54,437 nt of DNA from a virus (lineage: Duplodnaviria > Caudoviricetes): positions 1 to 54,437 of IMG/VR virus record IMGVR_UViG_3300042807_000082; one strand, written 5' to 3'. Positions 35,331 to 44,900 of the stretch are shown here, piece after piece. The notes beneath the pieces were generated by a model. The model saw only the letters and a list, made by a program, of their open reading frames with translations. It did not search any database and was not told the DNA's origin. The translations under genes and the position numbers were made by a program. Each line of letters starts with the position of its first letter. The first letter of the stretch is position 1.

Positions 35331-35989
35331 GCGACACTTTGTTTTTGAACACAGGAGTTCGAGTTCAGAACTACAAGAACGCTGAAGATGGCGCGACGGA
35401 ATTGTGGGATGAGTTGAAGGCTCAGTTTTCTTGGGTTGATCCAGAGTTCTCTAGGGCTGTTAGCGAGTCTTATATGCACGAGTTCTTGAACGAGAGAGTG
35501 ACAAGAACTTGCCTGCCAACTTCTAGTGTTGAGCCGGTGGTTGGTCGTCAAGTTGGCACTGCACATAGACTGTTTGGTCGAGACAGTGGAACGTCAATCA
35601 TGTATGTCACTGATTTGTGGGAGCAAGACAAGCCTGAGTGGATGAGTCCACAGTCTCATGCGATTGGTTTCACAAACTCATTTGCGGAATTTGGCAAGCC
35701 CTCAAGACCAGAGATGTTGAATTTTTTTGAAATCTTCTTCATCGCTCCAGACGAAGAGTTGTCTGGGTTCTATGGATTTGATTTGTCTGACGCCAATGAC
35801 AGCACTCTTTATAGTGCGCTGGTTTCTAACAACAGCCCAATCGCTTATAGAAGGTACACAAACTTTGCCGCCAATGATTCGGAGGGGATTCTAATGAACT
35901 GGCAAAGCCTGTATGTCTTCTTTTGTAAAAAGGCTAGGCGGATGGACTTGGCAAGAAGCCTATTTTCACAGCCATTTATGTCGACATGA
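35327..35989 (+). CDS. Hypothetical protein
   Basis: 220 aa, ATGA overlaps. Confidence 0.6.
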   Translation: MSDTLFLNTGVRVQNYKNAEDGATELWDELKAQFSWVDPEFSRAVSESYMHEFLNERVTRTCLPTSSVEPVVGRQVGTAHRLFGRDSGTSIMYVTDLWEQDKPEWMSPQSHAIGFTNSFAEFGKPSRPEMLNFFEIFFIAPDEELSGFYGFDLSDANDSTLYSALVSNNSPIAYRRYTNFAANDSEGILMNWQSLYVFFCKKARRMDLARSLFSQPFMST

Positions 35990-36396
35990 GGCTCTTAAAC
36001 AAGGTTAACTCCGAAGTGATGTATGAGGCTGAGATGGCTTCAGAGAAGCAGTTGTCCTGCGAGTTTGGTCTTGGCAAGGAAGATTACTGTAAGGCGATGG
36101 ATTTGCTTCCATCGGTAGGTTTTGAAGTAGACGGCAGGTGCGTAGGAGGTCTGGTCCTAAATGGTCAGAAGTTGCATCTGTCGGTACTCCCTGAGTATCA
36201 CGGGAGATGGGGGCAGTTGTTTTCCCCCGCATTCAAGTGGGCGTTCGCACAGAACGACCCTCTGTACGCAATTGTGAGCCGCGACAACGAAAAGGTGCTT
36301 CGTTTCATACGGCGACATGATTGGCACTTAGTCAGTGCCAACCACAGCACCATGTTATTCAAACTCACAAATCTAACTACGAGGTATCCAAAATGA
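35986..36396 (+). CDS. GNAT-like protein (T7 gp13-like position)
   Basis: HLSVLPEYHGRW, N...LRF; lies before the ejection proteins. Confidence 0.6.
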   Translation: MRLLNKVNSEVMYEAEMASEKQLSCEFGLGKEDYCKAMDLLPSVGFEVDGRCVGGLVLNGQKLHLSVLPEYHGRWGQLFSPAFKWAFAQNDPLYAIVSRDNEKVLRFIRRHDWHLVSANHSTMLFKLTNLTTRYPK

Positions 36397-37445
36397 GTTT
36401 CGTGCGTGATCTGATTTTCGGTGAACCGCCAGATCCCAATCCGGGAATGCAAGCCACCGCCGCCGCTTCTGAGAAAGTTGGCTTGGCACAGGTGGAACTT
36501 GGTCGAGAGCAACTAGAGTATCAAAAGGCTCGTGCCGAAAAGACCGATGCGCTCACGGCTGATCTGATCAAGTCCCAGATGGGACTGATGGACACCCAGC
36601 GTGGCGTTGCTCAAAGCGAGTATGACCGCTACCAAAAGACCTACGCTCCCATCGAGGATCGGATTGCCAAGGACGCCTTGGGGTTCGATACCGATGCCGA
36701 GAAAGAGCGATACGCCTCTCTGGCTCGTGGGGATATTGCCCAAGGGTTCCGTGGCGCACAGCAACAAGCACTGCGGTCTCAAGCCCGATTCGGTCTCAGA
36801 CCGAACGCCAACGCATTAGCGGCGATCAACAGCCAATTGTCGGCGCAACAAGCCGGTCAAACGGCTAGTGCCATGACCAATGCCCGTTATGCGGCTCGTG
36901 ATGCTGGTGACCAGCGTCGGATGAATGCCGTAAACATTGGTAAGGGTCTGCCCGGAACTGCCGCAACTGCGGCTAGTGGGTCAGTGAATGCTGGCAATGC
37001 GGCTGGTGGTCTTCAGTTTGGTGCGAACAACTCGTACAACGCTGGCATGGCTAGTGCCAACCAGTTCACCAACTCTGGTGTTAATGCTCTTGGTCAGGCT
37101 GGCAACATCTATGGGGCAATCAGCAACTACGGTCTGAAGTCCTACGATATGCAAGCCCAACAGACTGCCGCACTAATCAACGCAGGGGCAATGTTCTTTG
37201 CCGCTGACGGAACCCCGGGCGGTACTGATGAGCCTGCCCTCGACCAAGACGGCAAGGGACGTGTTCGTGGTCCCGGCACAACCACATCTGACTCAATCCC
37301 TGCGATGTTGTCCAAGGGTGAGTACGTTATTCCGGCTGACGTGGTGCAGAAGAAAGGTGTCGAGTTCTTCGACAAACTGCTAGATCGTTACCACACACCA
37401 GCGGCTATTCAAGAACAGCGCAAATACGGCATCCGGAGAAAGTAA
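36393..37445 (+). CDS. Internal virion / DNA ejection protein
   Basis: Ala/Gly/Gln-rich; GPGTTTSDSIPAMLSKGEYV; SD GAGG before ATG 36393. Confidence 0.75.
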   Translation: MSFVRDLIFGEPPDPNPGMQATAAASEKVGLAQVELGREQLEYQKARAEKTDALTADLIKSQMGLMDTQRGVAQSEYDRYQKTYAPIEDRIAKDALGFDTDAEKERYASLARGDIAQGFRGAQQQALRSQARFGLRPNANALAAINSQLSAQQAGQTASAMTNARYAARDAGDQRRMNAVNIGKGLPGTAATAASGSVNAGNAAGGLQFGANNSYNAGMASANQFTNSGVNALGQAGNIYGAISNYGLKSYDMQAQQTAALINAGAMFFAADGTPGGTDEPALDQDGKGRVRGPGTTTSDSIPAMLSKGEYVIPADVVQKKGVEFFDKLLDRYHTPAAIQEQRKYGIRRK

Positions 37446-38966
37446 ATGGCAAATCCATATGATTTAACCAGCGGCTACCTGTCCGCAAAGAAACTCAAGC
37501 AGGACAAAGAGTACCAAGACAAGGTTGGTGAGTACTACGATGCTCGTATCGCCGACACCAAGGAAGATACTCGCAGAAAGAAAAGCCGTAACGACTTCGC
37601 CGAGAAGATGATGGGCTGGATGGGCGGCTCCATCTTTGGTGTCGAGACTCCCAAGGCACCTGATGCCGCAATTGCAAAGCCGCCTCCATCCATGACGCCA
37701 CAGTCTGGCATGAGTACTCAATCCGGCAATGGCATCAAGCCCATGAAGATTTCTTCTGGCGTTGATTTTGAAGATCCATCGCTTGATCCATCCCGTCAAG
37801 GACTGGCTCAACCCGGCTATATGTTGGAAGCCGCTGATGGTGCCTACATTGATGAGGACACCATTCGTCGGTATGGCATTCGGGCGTATAACAACGGCTC
37901 GATGGGTGGTGTTGCCCCTATCACTGACGACGAGGCTCGTCGTCTAGGTTACGGTAGCGCACAAGAGTACACTGAATTTGAGGGCGGTCGCGGTCGCGCT
38001 GATGTCCAAGTTAATCCCGTGGCAAGTCGTGCTGGCGTAGCAACTCCAATCGACATGATGCCGGTTTCGGCTCCTGTAAATCAGAGGGCTGGCATTGCCA
38101 CCCCGACAGATGGCACTACGGTTACTCCTAGCGGTGAGTCAGCAAAACCTGCGGCTGAACCACAGAAGTCCCCTTTCCAAGAGTTGGCTCAAAAAGATCC
38201 AAAGACAGCGGAGTCTCTGTTCAACAAGGTGTCCAACTTCAAGAATCTTTCTAACGTCATTACCGGTCTGTCAATGATTGATTGGGCTGACGAGAAAGTC
38301 ACCGGATCTTCTCTGATGACAACAGTGAACACTCTTGCCGCGATGAAGAAGGAAGGTGTATTCCAAGCGGCATCTGCAATGGCGGCTGGGAATATTGAGA
38401 AGGGCAAAAAACTTTACAAAGAGTTTGGCGATGACGTTGGTGACTTCGATGTGGAAACTCGCATCTCCAAAGAAATTGACCCAAGAGATCCGAATGGCAA
38501 GAGGATGCTGGAAAAGAAGGTCTTCGACCTTAAATTCCAAGACGGCTCGACTATCACGCTTGACCCTCGTCGTTTGGCTTTGGACACTCTGTCCGCCAAG
38601 GCTCTGATTGAGCAAGAGGGTAAAGAGCGTGACGACCTATATCGTGAGCGCGGTCTTGATCTTCAGGCTCAAGACTTGGCTTCTCGTGGCAAGGATCGCG
38701 CACAGCGTGACGACGACAAGTTGTTCCAGTTGTACATGAATCGTGGATCTGCCGGCATCGAAGCACTCAGCAAGGAAGAGCAGAAGCGAATCGAGGCTGA
38801 CAATGAGTTGGCTATCGACGGGAAGAAACGGAAGTCTGAGGAGTCGGCAGTTGCTTCTCGCATTGCCCGAGCGCAAGAGATTTACTACGACGAACTCATT
38901 GCTGGTCGTTACCCACCTCCTCCGCGAGTGATTTACGAGGCTATCAAAAACGGCAAAATCAAGTAA
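37446..38966 (+). CDS. Internal virion / DNA ejection protein
   Basis: Position between ejection genes; helical, low complexity. Confidence 0.65.
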   Translation: MANPYDLTSGYLSAKKLKQDKEYQDKVGEYYDARIADTKEDTRRKKSRNDFAEKMMGWMGGSIFGVETPKAPDAAIAKPPPSMTPQSGMSTQSGNGIKPMKISSGVDFEDPSLDPSRQGLAQPGYMLEAADGAYIDEDTIRRYGIRAYNNGSMGGVAPITDDEARRLGYGSAQEYTEFEGGRGRADVQVNPVASRAGVATPIDMMPVSAPVNQRAGIATPTDGTTVTPSGESAKPAAEPQKSPFQELAQKDPKTAESLFNKVSNFKNLSNVITGLSMIDWADEKVTGSSLMTTVNTLAAMKKEGVFQAASAMAAGNIEKGKKLYKEFGDDVGDFDVETRISKEIDPRDPNGKRMLEKKVFDLKFQDGSTITLDPRRLALDTLSAKALIEQEGKERDDLYRERGLDLQAQDLASRGKDRAQRDDDKLFQLYMNRGSAGIEALSKEEQKRIEADNELAIDGKKRKSEESAVASRIARAQEIYYDELIAGRYPPPPRVIYEAIKNGKIK

Positions 38967-38975
38967 GGGCTGGTC

Positions 38976-41900
38976 ATGGCACTAGAAAACGAAGTCAACG
39001 AATACTCACGACAGTTTGGTATCCGTGCCACCCCAGTTTTCAAGGACGCCGATACTGCGAAGGACGAAGTCCGTCGTGGTATCGCACGTCCTCAAACAAT
39101 GGTGGAGATGCAACGCCGCTATGGTGCGCCGGACATCCCTACTGAAACTGGTGAGCCGGTAAATGACACCCCTCTGGCAGAGAAGCCAAAGCCAGCAGTA
39201 GACCCTAACGACCCCAGCGGTGGTGTCGGCTTTGTCGACTCCGTTAAAAAGGGTTGGCAAGGTGTCATGCTCACATGGGACTTTCTGGCGAACAAACTGG
39301 AAAAGGCTGTCACCGGAGACACCAAGGATACTGAGCAGATTCTGGCGGCATCAGCCGAAAAGTACTTGGGAATGAAGTCTGACCCTCGGATTGCCAAAGC
39401 AATCGAGGTTGCATCAGAGTCATTCGACAAAGAAGATGGAGTAGTCGCTGGAACCTATGAAGGCTCCAAGGCGATGCTCGGGTTCTTTGTTGACAACCCG
39501 GGGGCAATCGTCAACTTCTTGGGTGAGCAAGTTCCTGCCTTGGGTGCGGCTGTTGCCCTTCGCAACCCTGCCGCCGCAGTGCCTACCGGGATCGCCAGAG
39601 GACTGGTGACCCGTGGTGCGCTCTCCTCAATTGAAAGTGCCGCTGTAAAGGGCGCTATCGTGCGAGGCACTGAGATGGCTGCCAAGGGTGCGGCAATCAA
39701 CTCTATTGCCGTTGTCTCTGGGTCGCTGGGTAGCAACTACGTCGAGGGCTTGGAAAAGTTTGGCGGAGACACCGAAGCGGCTAAAGATTATGCCACCACC
39801 AAGACGCTTGCTGAAGTTCCAGCCAACGCTGTCGCTGGTGCATTCATGGCGTTCAATCCATTTGCCAGCCGTTTTGCCAGTCCAACTCTAGCCGCTACGG
39901 CAAACGTCGGAACTCAGGCTGTTATTCAGGGTACTGGTGGTGCTACCGGTGCTTACATGGCGGCTAAGTCTGTCGGCGAAGATCCTAAGTTCGGCGAACT
40001 CGCACTGGAATTCTTCGGTGAATCGTTGACCGCACCTGTTGATGTTCTTGCAACTCGCTCAGAGATTAAAGCCGATCGAGCCAAAGAGGCTAGAGATAAG
40101 GCAATGGATGGCGTCACGGTTGGAGTCGATCGACTCAACCAGATGGTGAACACAGACCGTGGTCTGAGTGTATTTGCCGCAATGTATCAGGATGCAACTC
40201 CTGAGGTGAAGACAAAAATTGATGCTGTTGTCGAGGGCGCGGGTCTGACAGACAAGTTCCAGTCTGCGCTAGAAGACAAGAAGACAGTTGAATCAGGGCA
40301 AAAGATTGTTGAGCAGAACCAAGCCTTCATTGGTGTGGTTAATCGCTCTCTGTCTGCCGTGACTGACGATGCTTTGGCTGATCTAAAAGCAAGCAATCAG
40401 AAGACTGCCGATGCCACCACTGAGGCTCCGGCAACTACTGAGACTCAGCCTCAATCGACCTCGGTCCGTATCACCGATCCGGCTGGAAAGGTGTATGAGG
40501 GGACCATGCTGGCTAACGGCATGATTGAAGCAAAGATGCCTGACGGCAGTTCGTTTACTGTTCCCGCTTCTTTCGCCGCCAAGATCGAACCTATTCAGTC
40601 TGGAGAAACCAATGCCGCTGAAACCGGGCAAAAGCCAAAGGGTCGTAAAAGCAAACGTGTCGGAACTGATGAGCAAGTTCAAACAGACGGGCAAACTGGG
40701 GTCGTCGAAACCGCAGAGCAAACAGGCGGCACAGAAACAGGCGGTGGCGATAGCACTGTCCAAGGCGGGGGCGAAACGCAAGTAGCGGATACCACTGCAA
40801 AGGTAGCCAAACAAACCACCCCGAAACCTCGCAAGGGTCGCCGCTCTCGCGGCGCAACAACGGACTTGGAATCAACCTCCAAGAACATTGACGACCTGAC
40901 CAAGATGGCACAGGAGAAAGCCGCTCGTGGTGAGAGTCTGACAGCGGAGGAAACCTCCGCCATCGAGCAAGCAATTGCCGAGGGCAAAGCCGCTGTAAGC
41001 AAGGCTCGTGAGACTGCCGCCAAAGGCGAGGCTCTGGCTAACGAGGCTTTAAGCACGACCACCGATAACAGCACGGCTACTACTGAAGCACCCGGTGCTA
41101 CTAAAGCCAAGCGTGTCAGCAAGCGCAAACAACAAGGTGTTGTTGGCGACCTGTTGCAAGCCAACCGTGAATTGAAGCAGGAAGAACGTGAGGCAAACAA
41201 AGAGACCAACAAGAAGAACCGCCAAGCGGCTAGAAGCGATGCCTCGCTGGACATCCTCGAAGAGGATGTTGTGGCTGGTCGGATCACTGCTGACGAAGCC
41301 AAGGCAAAAATTGCCGATGCAAAGAAGGCAAAGCAAATTAACGCTGGTCGTGCGGCTCAACTGACGTCCAAGGTTGAGCAGGCTGTTCGCACCCGTGAGG
41401 AAAACAAAGCCAACGAGCAAGCCAAGGCTGAGTCTGGTGGCTCTGAAGCCCTCACAAACCGCATCAGTCAGGAACTGAACCGGATTGAGGCTGAGAAGCA
41501 AGATGCCCAGATGAAGGCTAAGAACAAACGACCAAGCCGTGGCGCGGTCAAGAAGGAAGTTCTTACCGAGGAAATCGGAGCGGTCAACAAGTACGTCAAT
41601 GACTCAATCGTTCGAGTAACGGAGGGGATCTCATCAGATGTATCGGCAAGTTTCTTGGAAAAATCTGCTTTGGCGTTGGGTAGCCTTGCCAAACAACTTG
41701 AGACCAGAGCCTCAGAGATTGCGCCGAACACATCGATTGGTATTTGGGTGAAGTCTTCGCTGAACAATCTAGCGCGAGATGTCCGTGCGGCAGAGGGCTT
41801 GGTCAAAAAGGCTCAGTCTGAGCAGACTGGCAAGTCTCGTGAGCAAGCGCAGAAGGCAGTTGACCGGATCATCGACAACGCTCGTAAAGTTCTGGGGCGC

Positions 41901-44900
41901 GGCAACGAGACCATCACTCGCATCGAGAACCGTGACAACGCAACCGAACTGGATGAGGCTCAATTCACCCCAGAGGAAGTGGTTGAGTCTGGCACTAAGA
42001 CTGGCAGACCCAAGGGGTCGAAGGACGTTCTGTCCAACTTTGCCGGTAAGCCGTTTGCTGAGTTTGGATTAGATGAGTTCACGGACACGAAAGACCCTGA
42101 AGTCTTTTTGTCCGGCGGCGGACTTGGATTCCTGTCAAAGGACAAGTGGTTCCGGTCACTGGATGCCGCACTACGGAAGGCGTCGAAGAACAAGGACGTT
42201 GAACTACGCCAAAACATTCTGGATTCCATCAAGGATTCGGAACTTCAAGCCTATGAGGCTTGGAAGGAAGGCAAGAGCAAGCGTCTAAACCTGTTGCGCC
42301 AAGCGACTAAGGACAAGTCCATCAAGCAAGAGCAACTGAAAGCCTTGCTGAACGACCCGGACTTTGTGTTCTCCGGTTATGTCTTCAATGACTACCCCAA
42401 CCTAGCCCTGTTTGAGCGTCCGTTGGAGTATCTGCGCCAGCGCAACCCTGACGTTGATACCAGCAACGCCATGTACAGGGCAATCCTGCGCTTGGGCGGT
42501 GGTGTCGCTGACAGTTCGAACGTCTGGTTTGAATCCATCTTTACCGCTATCAGCAACCGACCAGACCTAGAGGGTCAGATTTTGAGCCGGTTGTCGAATG
42601 ACGAGGTCGCTCGATATAAGCAGTGGTCAGAGCGTCAAGACCGGGCAATGGACTTGGCTCAACGGATGCGCCAGCGTGGTGCTGAATACAAGCGATACAT
42701 CGACATCATCGATGAGTACGGCGCAGACGCTGAAGGTGTTGAGATTTCTTACGAGCAGTTGCTCGGAGTTATTGGCGACATCGAGCGTTCTGGTGGTGAC
42801 ACAGCCAACCTGTTTAGCCGAGGTGCTGGCACGGGTGGCGGCGGTATGTCCGTGGCTTCTGTCTACGCAATGGTCAAGCAATTGACTAAGGGCTGGACCA
42901 ACGCCCCCAACATCGAGGTGGTAAACGCTGAGATTGACTTGCCCCAATCCATTAAGGATCGGTTGGCTAAAGACATCGAGCGCAACCCCGATGGCGTTGC
43001 TCAAGGTTACTTCGACCAAGAGACCGGCACGGTGTACCTCTTTGCCGACAATATGTTCTCTGGCGCGGACGTTGAGTTCACCCTGTTCCATGAGACCTAC
43101 GGTCACTACGGCTTGCGTGGCATTCTTGGCGACAAACTCAACGCATTCCTGAACAGAGCCTATGCCACAAGTAATCGTGTGCGTGAGGCTACCAAGGCTT
43201 GGCTGGACGAAAACCGTCCTGACAACGCTGGCAAGGAATGGGACGCAGAAAACCGACTGCTGGCTATTGAGGAGGGTCTATCTAACCTCAACGCACAGGG
43301 TCAGGAACTGGGTCTGTTCAAACAAGTGCTGGTCATGATTCGGGACTTTGCCGAGTCTATGGGCTGGGACAGCATTGTTGAGTATCTCGACAATGTCTCT
43401 GAGGTCGAGGTCGCATCGGTGCTGGCAGATGCACGTCAGTATGCAAAAGACGGCAACCCATTCACCTTCAGCACCACTGGCACTGCCCTCTTCCTACGCG
43501 CAGGACACTTGAGCCAAGCCAACTTCGACGAGTTCGTACTGAACAATAGCGTTCAGGACTCAGGCTTTGGTGACTCCGTCTACTCTGGCGGCGTCTACTT
43601 CTATCGTGATACAAACCTTGGTCAGGGTTACCTGATGCGGGTGAATCTCGGCTCTGCCGGTCTCGTGCCTCGTCGTGGGAATCCAAAGTCTATAAACCAG
43701 CACATCGAGGATGCAATCGACAGCGGCGGAAGTGCTGGAGTTTTGGAGGCACCTCAGGCAAACGCTGTTCTTGAGATTGTGGAAGAGACAAAGCGTCTTG
43801 CTTATGCCGCCCGTCTGGAAAAACTGGACGATTTAAGCCCAATCCTGAAGAAGGTTGCCAGCGAGTACGAGAGCCGCATGGAAGCCGAGATGGAAGTTGC
43901 CGAGAACGATGGCGATATGGACGCTGTCAGTGCATACGCAGAGGCTATTTCCAAGGCTCGTGAGATTGCCAACTGGAAGATCAACCAAGTTGGCGATCCT
44001 GTGAAGTATGTGGTGGAGATTGATGACAAGGTTGTCTCCGACAACTTTGCCCAGTGGGACGGGAAGATTTCTGATGGTCCCAAGTCCGTCCAGCAATTCT
44101 TTGCCGACAGACCATACATCAAGTCTGTGCTGAAACTTGCCGCAGAAGACCCGAACTTTGCCGCAAATATCCGCTCATCTGGTAACCGCACTGCCCTCGA
44201 TCCAAACAACCCAACATTCGCTTGGGCGTATGACGCTTTGGTTGAGTACAAACGAGCCAATATGTTTGGCAACAGCCGTGGCAATCAGTCGGATGTCAAT
44301 GCCGCCAAACTAGATGTGGCAAGCGAGATGTCTGAGGGTGGGGTCAAAGGTAGTTTCCACTGGGAGACTCAACGCTCGAAAGATGAAGATCCAAATCTGG
44401 TCGTATACGACCCGAAGATGATCCGCATCGTCAAGAAAGAGCCGTCGCCCAAGAGTCCTGCTCTTTACTCGCGCAAACAGCAGTCACGTCCGGTGGAAGT
44501 TGTCGCCAAGAAAGGTGACAAGACCCACGGTCTGGCTGTGTACGACCCGATCCTCCAAGAGTGGACTATCTTCACCAATCCAAACGCCGACATCCGAACT
44601 GGCAAGCACAACGTGCAATACGCCAAGAAGATTGACGACGTGATGAATGTCTTGAAGACCGTCCCGGGTGTGCAAATCACATCGATGAAGGCTTATCCGG
44701 GCAGGACTCCTGCCTCGCCTCAGGTCATGGTTGCAACGCAACAGAACCAGAGCGCATTCAAGAAGATGATCCAGCGCAAGATTGACGACATCGTCATCTA
44801 CACGCAGAACCAGTACCTCCCGATCAAGCGTTATGTGGATAACCTTCGTGCAAACGAGCGGCTTTCTGACGACGCCAATGTCTGGCAGAAACTGATCCTG

